A stretch of DNA of 64,000 nucleotides, from NCBI RefSeq assembly GCF_009914755.1, contig NC_060927.1; one strand, given 5' to 3'. Positions 1 through 13,180 of the stretch are shown piece after piece (positions within the stretch are counted from its first letter, which is position 1; every line of letters starts with the position of its first letter). A program made the translations under genes and the position numbers. The notes under the pieces were generated by a model that was not told the DNA's origin, did no database searches, and saw nothing but the letters and a program-made list of their open reading frames with translations. This DNA is from the human T2T-CHM13v2.0 reference genome, Homo sapiens.

Positions 1-510
1 ATGTGCCTTGCTCTTTAGTGTGAATAACAATAAGCCTGTGGCCAGGGTACACAACACACCTACAAGTGAACTGGCTTTCATGTAAGCAGAAATGTTCCCA
101 ATTTTGTGACTCTTCACTCCATCCCCTTTTGATGTTTATCACTTATGGCAAAGACTGGATAAAAGAAAAAAATCACAAGCTACCTGGTAAATAGTGAAAA
201 AAAAAAGATGAGGAAGGGGAGGGAGTGAGAGAAAAGGAGAGTAGAAAGCACAAGTGCTGAGTAGCAGACTCTGGGCATGACTTGTCTCTCAGTGCCATCC
301 ATACAAATGGGGGCCAGAATCAACGCTTGCAGTCTATGTTCAGATTCCATCCTGTCCAAAAGCTTTATCAGGTTCAGGAGCGCTAAAACACTAAGCCTTC
401 GAAGACAATTGTCAGTAAAAAATTCAGGAGTAAACACGTCGGCAGTCAGTGATTAGGCATTTATGCACCATTTTTGATAGATAAAATGTCCCTTGACACA
501 AGTCCTAATG

Positions 511-540
511 ACAACAACAACAACAACAACAAAACACAAA
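511..540. repeat. (CAA)n microsatellite
   Basis: acaacaacaacaacaacaac run seen directly. Confidence 0.9.
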
Positions 541-614
541 AACCTTAAATGTTCAAAGTATCTTTGGGCTTTTGACTGAGTTTTTATCAGGTTTATCCAT
601 TTAAAATGCAGCAC

Positions 615-905
615 GGGATGCTAGGTTCAAATACCAGCATTGAATATTTACAAGCTATATGACTTTGGACAAATTGCTTATCCTCTCTGACATTTTGTTT
701 TCTCACCTGCAAAATGGGAGAAATAACATCTTCCTCACAGGGCTGTTGCAAGGATCATAAAACATATATGCATACATATATTGGATATTACATATCTATA
801 TATACATACATGCATATATATACATATACACTCACATAAATGTGCATATGTATATATATAGCATCTGGAACATGAAAGTCACTCAATAAATGTTAACTAT
901 CATTA
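615..905 (+). mobile_element. MIR SINE interrupted by a TA/CA-rich simple repeat (~763-860)
   Basis: MIR core-like tgactttggacaaattgcttatcctctctg...ctgcaaaatggg and 3' end cactcaataaatgttaactat. Confidence 0.7.
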
Positions 906-910
906 ACCCA

Positions 911-1335
911 GTTATGATGAACTAAATTTTGTTCCCCAACCCCTCCAAAAAAAAACATGTGTTGGAGTTCTAACCCCAAGTACTTCCAAATGTGATCTTA
1001 CTTGGACATAGGTCTCTAAAGAGGTAATCGAGTTAAAATAATGCAATTAGGGTGGGCCTGAATTCAATATGACTGATGTCCTTATAAAAGCAGAGAAATC
1101 TGGGGACAGAGACAGATACTTACAGAGGGAAGACAGAGGAAGACATATGGAGAGACATAGGAAGGAGATGGCCATCTATATGTCAAGGAGAAAGGCTGGA
1201 ACAGATCCTTCCCTCACAGCCCTGAGAAGAACCAACCTGGCTAATAAACCTTGATTTCAGACTTCTGAACTGTGAGAAAACAAATGTCTGTTTAAGCCAC
1301 CAAGTTTGTGGTCCTTTGTAATATTCCCAACTAAA
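911..1335 (+). mobile_element. MLT1 (MLT1B-like) MaLR solo LTR
   Basis: Characteristic tagggtgggcctgaattcaatatgactgatgtccttataaaag, gatccttccctcacagccc, gaactgtgagaaaacaaat...tttaagccacc. Confidence 0.8.
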
Positions 1336-2685
1336 TAAAAATTCCATTAATCATCAATATTTACCTTGATTCATCATGGTCGAAACTATACATTTGATAT
1401 TAGGCAGGTCTGTATTACCTCTGGTGAGTAATAATCAATTCTATATATATTATCTAGTGATGTTTTCATTATTTTAAAAGAATCCTTTTCTGATTGCTGT
1501 ACAAGAAGATACTGCTGCAATATAAACAGCCTGGCAGAGGAAAATGGTTTACTATAATTAAGATCATCTAGTTATTATTAAAGATAATTAAGGGAAAATC
1601 ATACATATAAATTCATAAATCCACTTTTCTACTGTTGAGTTTGCATAGAAGGAAATCAGAAAATCTTACCACACTAATTTCCTTCTCAAGAAAAAATAAA
1701 ACCTTACACAGCGATTTATGCACTGACAACTATGCTCACTAAACCTGAGGCTGCTTAGATTACCAACAGGACCACTTTTAAGTCATTTTGATGCATATGA
1801 AAGTAACTCATCAAGCATGGGTTCTTCATCCTTTGCAAGAGACTGCTTTTAAAGGTATCTGACTTTCAGAAGAGGGATGAGAGTTGTCTGGGTTGTGTCA
1901 ACACGCTTTCTATTGCAAGACATACCTCCATAATCAACAGACATTGAAGTGAATGTGAGCATCCCCATCTTAAGTTTTTCTTTAAACAGCCCTAGCCTTC
2001 TATAGAAATGTGGCATGTATAGTTAGAAATTATGAGTCTAATTATGTTGAACTGAGATAAGCAACAGATATCACAAGAGCCATAATTGGACCAAAGTTAA
2101 CTTTCTTAATGTATGTGTCCCACACTTCCTTGAAATTCCTATACTACTGATTATAAAAATTTTTATATTTTGTCAAGAGAAGAGAGGAAAAAATAATACA
2201 CAGAGACTACTATGCAATAATACATAGGTGGTAGTGGTGCACAAAATAAAGTATTTTGTATACCTAATTTACTTTAATCCACATATCCACCATTAAAAAG
2301 GTAGGTGTTGTTACCACCATACTATACATAGGAAAGCTTGAGGCTTAGTAAGCTCTGCCAACCTCGATGAGGTCGCACAGCTACTGAATAATGGAGCTAG
2401 ACTTTTGGTAAAGGTCAGTGGGAGGGAATCCAAAGCTCCTAAATTCAAACTCAAGCATGAGATTTACAATCCAGATATCCTAAGTGCATCACTGGGTTCC
2501 AAGATGGTGATTTATTTAAGGAATTCACAGGCGTGTTGAAAGCATTTGAACTCACATAAGCAGTAGATGTGTTCTTGCTAAACCTAACTCAACTTATTCT
2601 CCTTATGAGGAAATCAATGCTATTCACAAACACAACCTAAAAGGCTTTATTCAATTTAAATGAAATTAATCTTATTATAAGAACA

Positions 2686-3295
2686 CATGAAAATGGAATT
2701 ACCATACAATCTAGCAATTCCACTTCTGGGTATATACTCAAAAGCATTGAAAGCAGGTTCTCAGAGAGATAGTTGTACACCTATATTCATAGCCAAATTG
2801 TTCATAATAATTAAAACATGGAAGCAATCCAAGTGTCCACTGATGAGTGAATGGACAGGCAAAATGTGGTATATACATGCAATTAATTATTATTCAGCCA
2901 TAAAAACAAGGAAATCCTGACATGTACTACCACATGGATGAATGCTGAGGACATTACGCTAAGTGAAATAAGCCAAACACGAGAAGAGAAATACTATATG
3001 ATTCCACTTATATAACTACATAGAGAAGTCAAAATGACAGAGACAGACACTAAAATGGTGGCTGCCAGAGGCTGGGGGTGGGAGTGCAGAGGGAAATGGG
3101 AAGTTATATTTTAATGGGTATAGTATTTTAGTTTTACAACATGAAAGTGTTATATAGAGATGTATTGTGGTGATGGCTGTGCAAGCATCATAAATGTATT
3201 TAATACCATTGAACTGTATACCAAAAAATAGTTAAGATAGTAAACTTCATGTTGTGTGTATTTTTCCCAAATACAAAAATTTGGGGAAAATAATA
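2686..3295 (+). mobile_element. L1MB-like LINE-1 3' end
   Basis: ORF2 C-terminal remnant (ELPYNLAIPLLGIY...KMWYIH in ORF 2687-2920) followed by L1MB-type 3' UTR. Confidence 0.85.
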
Positions 3296-3524
3296 AAAAT
3301 ATCACATGAAGGTCTTTTAGATTCAGTACATTGCTTCATGATTTTTATAATATCTTCTAAGGCCAGGGAAGCAGAGGTAACTTTGTATAGAACCTTTGAG
3401 TACAATCTATGTGATAATGCCCAACCAGGATCCCTGCTCCCAGGCAATTAGATGTTCTTTTTTCAGAGTCTAAACTGCAGTAGTGGTGATGGCGAGGGAA
3501 CTGGTAGTGATAGAAATGACAGTA

Positions 3525-3712
3525 GCATAGCTAAGATTTCTTCAGTACTTGCTATGTGCCAACCAGTGGACCAAGAATCTTACATGTAGTGTGTTATTAA
3601 CTCTCAGACAACAGATACTATTATTTTCCCAGTTTTACAAATGAGTAAACAAGGGAACAGAAACATTAGGTAACTTGATTGAGACCATACTAATAATAAG
3701 TGGTGAAGTCAA
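3525..3712 (-). mobile_element. MIR SINE
   Basis: tactattattttcccagttttacaaatgagtaaac...ttaggtaacttg, reverse MIR core. Confidence 0.65.
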
Positions 3713-6700
3713 AAAGAACTCTATTGATATATCTTTGTCTCTCACTAGCCTGTATCCTCTTGAGAACAAAGATTTTGTTGTATTCATCTAGCCTAGCACA
3801 ATTTCTAGCAAACAGCAGACATCCATTCACCATGCAGAATAAAAGGAAATGAGGAAAGGAGAGAGGGAAAGAAGGGGGAAAAAAGAAATTATATCTAGTC
3901 ATGCTATGTTCTTAATAAATGTGGATTTTCTTTCTTTATTTCCTTAACCCTGAAATCGCAGGGGAACCTGCAATAATGCTCAGGAATCCTAGGGCATAGG
4001 AATTCCTCCCTCTTTGAGATTCCAGGCTAATTCCTGACACAGGACCCTCAAAAAGCTGCTAATATCTGTCTAGTTTAATGATTAATATTCTAGCAAATAT
4101 ATATTCTTGGCTCATCTCCTAATTTCTAATATTGAGACTAACAGAGAGATAGAGTTCAATCTACCACACTAAGATTCACTGGAAAAAACCGATGTCTTTG
4201 ATATTGGCCTCTTGCACACTGGTGTGAACTGAGGTAAAAGAAAAACTGTTCCCAGAGGAAAGGTAGTTCCATGCCTAAAAGTACATGTGTCATAAACCAG
4301 TGGTACTAAAATTTGAGAAGCCTAAACAAAAGGTTTTAATGCAATAGATAACTGGCTTATTATGTAAACTGTGCCAATCTTATGTGACGGGCTTATGCCA
4401 CACAAAACGGAACATTAGAATGATCTATCTAAAGCAAGTCTTAACTGTTCTATTTTGACTCTACTCTTGCTTGGCTTTACCTCTATTTATAATTAAAATT
4501 TAGTGAGTCATAGAGACCATAATTATAAACATGTATACAGTAAACACAGGGTCCATTACTTTTGCTTAGAAAAATAATTACAGATTTTTTAATATTCTGA
4601 TCTTAACTGACCCAAAGGAATTAAACACACATTTTATTTTTGTGTTTTAGTGAGATAGAGATAGGGAGGGAGAAGCATAAGCCAGTGCTCAGGAAAGACG
4701 AGGCATTAACCATATAACATAGATTTGTTTATTTATGGGCTGCAAAGTATTTCCAAGGTGACAAGTAACTTAGCCATTAATGCCTCAGCCTTATGTGTAT
4801 AATGGGAATAACATACAGACTTCTTGTAATAAGTAAAAGTTAGTTTAAAGCATATTGCAAATAGTGTTATTTCAATTATTCATTAAAATAGTCAAAAAGG
4901 ATCAGTTCTTATACATTAATTTCTCATTTTAAGGACAGAATTTATCAGTATTCTCATATCTATGTAACTGGCAGTATGAGAACTAAAGGCCATCAAGACT
5001 TATCTAAACTGTATAACAAGTAATAAGATTTTAGGACACAATCCCTCTATTTCTAATACAACTCCAGAAATGTTTTATTCATAAATGCATTCATTCAACA
5101 TTTACTGATCAACTACTATGTACAAGGCATTGTATAAGAGGCTGTGGCAATCCTCTACTTACCTTTGTACTGTGTTTCCTACTTCCAAAGAGGTTAAATT
5201 CATACCAAAGTGATTTGTTAAAAATACAAAAAAGGATTCCAAATGGGCCAATAAAAGGAAAAGACACACCAACTCTAAGACCAGATTTATGTTACTAAAT
5301 ACCGACGGAAACTCCTCAGCATTTAAAAGAATACATTAAGGAGAGTAATGCAAGTCATTTGGATGTTTTCAATATGAGAAATTTGAGCCTACTGAATAAA
5401 TTAATTAAATATCTTTAATATTGAGTTGCAGCTTTTTATTGCATTTATAGAACTTTACCTATTAGTAAAATATACAATCTATAATAGCTTGTCTATATCA
5501 AAAATATAGATATCTGTCAGAAAACATACAAAGCCACAACTAAAATACATTTAATATCATTACCAGTAACATTTGTGAAAAAATACCAAGCATCTAGCAT
5601 TTGTTAAATTAAAGAATAATATTCCATAAAATCTACATCTGGATTTTAGCCCCTCTTTTAGAATTACTATTTAATCTTCACTTTTTTTCTCTCTCACTTC
5701 TACCCCAACAGCAACAGAAACACATGCACAAATTAAGGAATTATCTTACAATATACCCTTAAATTTTCTGAATATGCCCCATGTGTCCACTAATAGCCAA
5801 ATGCTTTCAAATCTGTTCAGCTAAATGGATCAATAACTACATCCAGCCTCACATAGTGGGGCTGCCAACACGGTGAAATTGAGCCAAACACAAAATGTCT
5901 CTACCAGGACAAAAATTATTATCAACCCAGTTATCTGAAGAGATCTACTCTCCCAGATATTCTTTCGAGAAGTTGGCATACACATTATCTAGGGCAGTCA
6001 ACAGCTACTAAAAAAAAAATATTTGAGTCATAAAACAGAGGATTTAAAGAAAATATTCAGAAGCTAAAACCAGTGAGTTTTAGAATAAACCAATGTAACA
6101 GTTCAAGGTCTACATCAAGTAAGAATCTTTCAGAGTCAGAGTACACAAAACACGTAAGAGCACAAGCACACTGCTAACAAGCTTCTCTGTGCTCTCACTC
6201 ATATGACACAGCTGCAAGCAACAATTGAGCAGGTGCAACCAAGCTTTTGAGAATTCCTGCCTGTTGCCCAGGAACCACAACACTGCATGGTTGAGATTTT
6301 AAACAGGTGCAAACATTTTTTTTTCCCATTCGTCTAGTGCTTGAGACAGTGGAGCAGACAGTACATCTGCAACCACTCCATACCTAAAGCAACCATCACA
6401 GAAAATAAACTCAAAAGCAGCAAAATAAAAAAAAGTTTAAATAAAACAATAATGGCAAAACTGTGGTTTTGCAATGGTCTGACCCCACATCACCGTTCAC
6501 TTTAATAGTACAATTCCATAAAATAATCTCTTCACCAGATGAATGCTTTGTAATTAAAATTATTTGCCTTATCAAATCTTAGAAATGTTTACTTGATTCT
6601 TACAATAGAATAAAATAAAATATATGTATAAAATGTACTATCCTTTGAAGCTGTCATTATCTGTAAGTAATCAAGAATTAACATTTTTACATTATGAAAT

Positions 6701-6786
6701 CTATAAGCAATTTTAATACATAAAAATATTATAACTTGTTAGTTAATATATAGATTTACATAGTTATAGGTAATTCATATACATAC

Positions 6787-6825
6787 CTGTGCAGCTATGG
6801 GGCACAAACTTGCAATTCATCAATT
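6787..6825 (-). other. ZBTB20: 39-nt spliced exon, probably a 5'-UTR exon of the host gene
   Basis: Minus strand: tcttttacatttcag|AATTGATGAATTGCAAGTTTGTGCCCCATAGCTGCACAG|gtatgt; canonical acceptor and strong CAG|GTATGT donor in unique sequence. Confidence 0.75.
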
Positions 6826-6994
6826 CTGAAATGTAAAAGAAATATATCATATAAGTAAAAATTAATTTACTAAGTTGGAACCAGTATTTATGTTGCAACA
6901 ATTCCTGCAGAGAAGTAGGAAAAGTTTCAGTGCATAAAGAGGTAAATTATTTTTTATCAATATTTTCCCTATAGGATATTTCATATATCTGAAA

Positions 6995-7041
<47 letters not shown>
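6995..7041. repeat. (TA)n(CA)n microsatellite
   Basis: Seen directly; ~170 bp upstream (minus-strand sense) of the micro-exon acceptor. Confidence 0.95.
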
Positions 7042-7045
<4 letters not shown>

Positions 7046-7614
7046 CCCTTAGCAGTGTATCATAAGCACTAGCAAGGGACTCTGACTCACCATGGCCTCT
7101 GAAACTCAAATGCTTTCACTAGAGGACGAGGCAAACACTTTAAAATGATTTTTTTTTTTGGTATTCTTCCAAGACTATTGCCTTCCTAATACAAATATGA
7201 CTGCTGCTCTCTAAAATGAAACTACTCAGATTCATCTGCACTCAGTTTGGATAGAATGTTGTTAAGGAAGAAAGGTGCTTTTGTAGAGCAGTCCACAAAA
7301 AAATGCATGAATAAATGAAAGTAAACTTTGAATGTTCGTTAACTTTGAGTTACAACAGCAAATAGAAATGAAATTGATTGCTACAAGAAGGAATGCTAAC
7401 ACCACGTCGGATATAATGCAAAATGCCTCAACTCAACACACTTTGACAAAACTGCCAGCGAAGTAGGTATTGATACAGAAGACTATGTAAGTCCACATTA
7501 AACAAAAGTAGCAGTTTACAATTAGACCTGAAAAACATTTGGATTTAGGTGGAAACTGTATTGCAACATACAGCCTGGGAACTACTGGTACTCTTAAAAA
7601 TATTTCCTAGTTCT

Positions 7615-7771
7615 AGCCAGGAGTGGTGGCTCACGCCTGTAATCCCAGCACTATGGGAGGCTGAGGTGGGCTGATCACCTGAGGTCAGGAGTTCGAGACT
7701 AGCCCGAGATTACGCTATTGCACTCCAGCCTGGGTGACAAGAGAGAGGCTCCATCTCAAAAAAAAAAAAAA
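7615..7771 (+). mobile_element. Internally deleted AluS (Sq/Sp-like)
   Basis: Left-arm start through gttcgagactagcc fused to right-arm end gagattacgctattgcactccagcc...poly-A. Confidence 0.9.
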
Positions 7772-7899
7772 TTCTTTTTGAAAGCAAACGGACATGTTTA
7801 ATTTATATAGTTCTTCTGAGCACAGTCGATTACAGCAACACATTATAGTCAGTAAGTCCACTTTATAATACTGCTTAAAAGTATATAGAGGTAATAATT

Positions 7900-8455
7900 T
7901 TGATGATGGCTCAATAAAACAACATCTTCGTATATTCTGATGGGAATGTGGATTACAAAAGACTTTCTAGAAACCCACTGAGTACTATGTATCAAGAACC
8001 CAAAGTTCAATATTTTTACTCAGTAATTTTAGTCCCAGGAATCAAATGTAATAGAAAACCAACAGAAATTTATGTAAAAAAGATAATTTTTATGACAGTA
8101 AAAAACTATAAGCAACCTAAATATCTAATAGAAAAATAATTAAATAAAGCATAGCACATCTATATAAAGGAATATTTGGCAAAATTTAACAAGGTACTTT
8201 AAAGAATATTTTAAATTTTACGGAAAAATGCAAATTTATAGTATTATGATGCTAAAATATTATATAAACATGTAGACTACCAATTACATGGACAGTATGA
8301 AATTATGTGAATAAGAAAAAACAAAGAACAAAACAAAGAATTAAGAGTGATTATATCTGGATAATAAGACTTTGGATGATTTTAATTTTTTCTTTTTACT
8401 TTCATATATAGTTAATTATCTACAATAAGCATGACTTTTATAATAGGAAAAAATA
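7900..8455 (+). mobile_element. Old L1ME-like 3' fragment
   Basis: Degenerate ctgatgggaatgt..., aactataagcaacctaaatatctaatag, tctacaataagcatg motifs. Confidence 0.55.
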
Positions 8456-9624
8456 ATAGTAGGTAGGGTAGGGGTAAAAGGAAAAAGTTATAAAATGCTA
8501 TATTGAATTCATAAATGTAACCTTCCTAAGAGAAATAAATTAATTCAGTCACAAATAAAACCCAGTAACTGTGCCTACAGTGAGAAACACCCTCACTGCT
8601 TCCTCAAAGGGGCATAGCCAGGGTCTTTTTTATCCCAGTGCTTTGGAATCTACACAAGTAATTCAATAACACATTTTTAAATCATCTTAGTAAAACTTCT
8701 TTACTTATTATGCAGAGTGAAATGATGGCAAGAATAATTTAGGACTTCAAATCTCTTCAACCTAGCACAGCCTAACTTATTCACTAATTCAATCACATTC
8801 AGTGAGCATCTACTGCCTGCATGGTGCTGTGTTTGGCACTGCAACGTGCTAACAGATAAATTAGGACACACCTTACCCTCATTGAGCTAACAATTTAAAA
8901 ACACTAAAAAATGTTTAGACACAGCTCACATGAAGAAGTAAACACAATACAGTTCAAAGCATTTGTGACAGATTTGGTACATTTTAAAGCAAGAAAACAT
9001 ACACTAGGTTTATTTTTTATATTTCTGAGCAAACACCTATCTTTAGGTAACAATAAAAAGTCATGTGTATTAGTATCACTTATTAATGCACTAGCAAATT
9101 AAGTATTTAAGTTTTTTCCTTATGTGATCTATTTTTTGTTAATGGACAGTTACATAATAGGAGATTAAGTATGAAGGAATAGTGACCCAATCTGGAATGC
9201 AGATGTGTAAGATTGTCTCAGTTTATCTGAGGCCACATAAAACACATGCACAATTATTAACAGGCTGCAGTTATTTATTGGAAACCAAAGCAAATAAGTT
9301 AGTTACTGGTTAATCCTGCTAAAAGACACTGTTATGACAACACCACCAGGGAAAGAAAAGAAGATAGAGCAAACCACTTTTGTTATGCAGATAAAATGAT
9401 TCAGCATAGAGATTCTCTCAATAGCAGTTCAGTTTCCTGCTGGCCTGTAAACATAATCAGCAATGCCCTTCTGAGGCCAGTGCTGCAGGATTATTCCAAT
9501 GTGAGGTCAATGGGGTCAATCTGTGTGAAGTGGTGACAAACACTAAGAGAAGGTAAGAAGCTATTTGTGTGATCAGTGATCCATAGACTGGGGCTCAGAG
9601 TTCTGGGAAGCAGTAGAGTTATGA

Positions 9625-9865
9625 GGTAGGGTGGTAGTTAAGCACTTAGCTTTTGCCATCAAACAAACCTGGAATCAAATTCCAGCTCCCCATCTTTAGT
9701 TCTGTGATCCTAAGCAATTTAAATTTTCTGTCTGTAAAATGGTGATCATGTTACTCACCCTACGAGGTTGTCTATGCAGGTTATATGTTATAGCCATATA
9801 AAGGAACTAGCACAGTGCCAGCCATGAGGTAAGCATTTGATAAAAGGGAACTGTTAGTACTATCA
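9625..9865 (+). mobile_element. MIR SINE
   Basis: acctggaatcaaattccagctcc, tctgtaaaatggtgat, tagcacagtgcc. Confidence 0.7.
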
Positions 9866-12479
9866 TAGTTGTATGAAAAGGGAAAGCATGTCTGTCCCTT
9901 TAAGCTAAGGAACTAAGCTAGGCAAGGAGTAAGGAGATAAAGAAGGCTTGTTGAAGACATCACCCTATAGTCCAGCAGCTCATCCAAAAGCCAGTCATGT
10001 GCTTGATGTTCACAGAACATTTCTGAATCAGGCAACACTGCAACAATAGTAATAGCCACAATAACAATTCTAACCAGCACTTTTAAGCTCCATTCCTATG
10101 ACTGAAAAGAAAGGCAGTAAAGTCTAAATAATACGTGCAGCAACACTGCCGAACTTCTCTGGGTGAAAAATGAAGGATCACTTTCCACATTTAACTGAAA
10201 CAATCAGGAAAAGGAAAATAAGGACAAAATGAATATAATTACTCAACTGGAATTGGACCAAGGTGCCGTGTAATGGTCTTAGCAATCACATGTAGGCACT
10301 TATCACCTTTTTATGTATTCTAAGGAGATCCTGCAGATGACCAGAGCCTTATATATGAGGTTTGCAACTCTAAGTAAAAAAAAACGTTAGAGTCAGTTTT
10401 TTTCTTATGGCTGGGAAGACAGAAATGGATGCATACTGATGTTGTTCTAGTCCTTATTTGTGTTTTGATTTAAAGGACAGCACAGATCCTGAGTTGTTAA
10501 GTGGCGTGTCTTCAGATTCCCACACAGTTCATGTAATTGCTAGAGTTGTTTCACTCGCATTGGGTGAAGTTACTATTAGCACCATTCCAGATGCAGATAT
10601 ACTATAGAGTGTTTGTTTGTTTGTTTGTTTGTTTGAAGTTCTTTTTACTTCTAGGTTGGCATAGCTGTGTTCTCCAGTGGGATAGGTCCAATTCTATGTT
10701 ACAGAATACAGAAATAGTTCATCTTCCCTTCATACTAGTTGGGCCTGGCTAGAGATGCCCCTTAAGCCATTAATAAATCTACTTGCTAATTCACTTAGAG
10801 TACTAACAAGGATCTCACCTGGGCCTGTGGGTACAACGACTCCATAGAAGAGCTCTAAACCTAAATTTAAACAAAAAGAATTTCACCCATGACTGAGGAA
10901 GCATCCACAGGACTATTTTACATGCTTTACATTTAAATTTGATATTTTGAGAGAAGACTATGTAATTCAAAATAATTTTATTTTATTTAATATGTATTTA
11001 GTCCTTCTGGACCCACTACAGAGCTGGATGTTGTATCATTATTATATGGTTATTATAAAATGTACACTTTACTCATCAATAAAGCCAATTTTACTTTTGA
11101 AAATTGAGGTACCTGGCTTCTGTGGTTTCTCTCAACAGAAAGTCCTATGAAGAGTAAGAACTATAAATTGTCAAGTAGACTTGAAAAACTTATGCTTATT
11201 TTGTAAATTACTGAGCTAGGTCTGGCCCTTCATTTTGAAAAGCTATCTGCCTATAAGAAAGAGGAAGTATGAGGAGCACAGTTATCTATTAATCAACACT
11301 GTGAACTGGAAACAGATAAAGTGCAATAAAGAAGGAAAAGGAAATCATATGGTAAACACCGTTAACCCAACGGCACAGTTGATCTGTCTAGACCTTAGGT
11401 CAGATAAGCTGTAATAAAGCTATAAAATCCACGAAAAACTAAAGCTTATTTACAAAAACTGCAAAATTTGAATTTTCTATAATTAATGCCACTTAAAATG
11501 AAAGAATTTAATATCAAATTTCATGTATAAACATGATAAATTTGAACTCTCAAGTAGAAACCTCATCTACAATACACTAAGTGTTAATAATTCTAATTGT
11601 CCTATAATCCACACTTCACAGCATATTCTAGAGAAAATAGCTGTTGGGTTTTTATGACTTAACTTAAACTTCACAACTTTTAAAATAAAAGTTTAAGAGC
11701 TAATTTAAAAATGTATTTAAGAACCTAAAATTTAGAAAATATTAAAAATTATATTTTCAAAATATCCTCAACTTGAAGTTATGGCTATTGAAATCAATGA
11801 TTTATTCTCAGAAAATGTGAAAATTTTACTGGCCTGCTTGTATACATCCCTGGGGTCTTAGTTTAGATATTATCTCCTCCAGAATCTGATATCCTGTGTC
11901 TAATCCTGTCATAATAATCATTTTATTGCACTGGAATTGTCTTTTACATAAGACTGTAAACTTGGGGACCAGCATTTGTATCTTATTCACCATTACATCT
12001 GTAGTTTTTACTTAGCACAGTACATAATGTGTGGTAGGTAGGTCTTAAATATTGGCTAAAGGAATGTTGCATGAATTGTGTTAGCTTGTATTCTTGATGA
12101 TTAAGAAAATTCACACTGCATAAAAAATTAAGGAATCACATTCGTAAACAAGTTATTCCCAATCTTTAAAGGACTAATCTTCCAATCTATTTTCTTGTGC
12201 TTTTTCTACCTATTTTTCCTCTTAATCAGTACAAACTTAAAATATGAGAATTTGAGTCTCAAATGTTAACACCAGGTTAGAAAGCCTCGTTAGTTTGGCC
12301 CCACATTGGACAAGAATGAGTTGTCCAAATCCTACCTGTTAACAGATACTCGGTATGGAAGAAACTGTTACACAGAGTTCACTGAAAGAGTTCTGCAGTT
12401 CCTAACCAATTATGTGGTTCTTATACTTTCTCTAAAAAACTTCTTCTAGCTATAGTTCCTGAGACAGATACCTCCACTA

Positions 12480-12675
12480 TTTTATTCTTTTGTGGCATAT
12501 ATGACAGTTTAAATTATTGGGGTGATTATTGGCTTATGTGTTTATTATCTCTTTCTTTCCCACTAGATTGTATACTCCATAGAGGCCACACTACTTTATT
12601 CACTACTCTATACCCAGGGTCTAGTTTAGTGCCTGACACACAGTCAACACTTAATAAGTATTTGTCAGATGTATA
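12480..12675 (+). mobile_element. L2 LINE 3' end
   Basis: cccactagattgtatactccat...gtgcctgacacacagtcaacacttaataagtatttg. Confidence 0.7.
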
Positions 12676-12939
12676 AGACAAACATGAGTTCAAAAATATG
12701 AGCAGTAAATTTAGAGCAGTAGCTTTCAATCAAGAGACTATAAAAGTAGGCAGTTAACAGCTACCCCTAAAAAGTGTTTTCATTTGAACTCTGTGGAAGC
12801 CTTGATGATGTAGAAAATCTTTTATTGTAAATTCTGTTCAATCAAAGGCAAGGCAGAAAAACTTCAAAAGCAATTCTAGGTAGGATGAAGGTATAGTACC
12901 TAGAAAAAGCAATGGAATCACAACAACAGCAACCACTTT

Positions 12940-13180
12940 CAATTAGAAGTTTTGAGTTTGAATTAAAGCTTACTAGGTATGTGTCCTAGGTAAACTTACA
13001 TAACCATCTCTAATATTCAGATTAATCATATTTAAAATGAGGGGGATTTTATATAATATAAAATTTTTATATTATATAAAATTTTATGTTTTTATGATGA
13101 CTTAATGAGATTATATGTATACAAGTAGCTATTAGCATTATCTATGGCATTTAGGAGAAGGGGCTCACTATTGATTAGTT
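12940..13180 (+). mobile_element. MIR SINE, degenerate
   Basis: tgagtttgaatt...cttactaggtatgtgtcctaggtaaacttacataacc...atttaaaatgaggg. Confidence 0.55.

Noticed and set aside
180-437. 85-aa minus-strand ORF with a hydrophobic C-terminus
   Set aside because: Starts at GTG, shows no recognisable homology, and the hydrophobic tail is just a translated pyrimidine tract.
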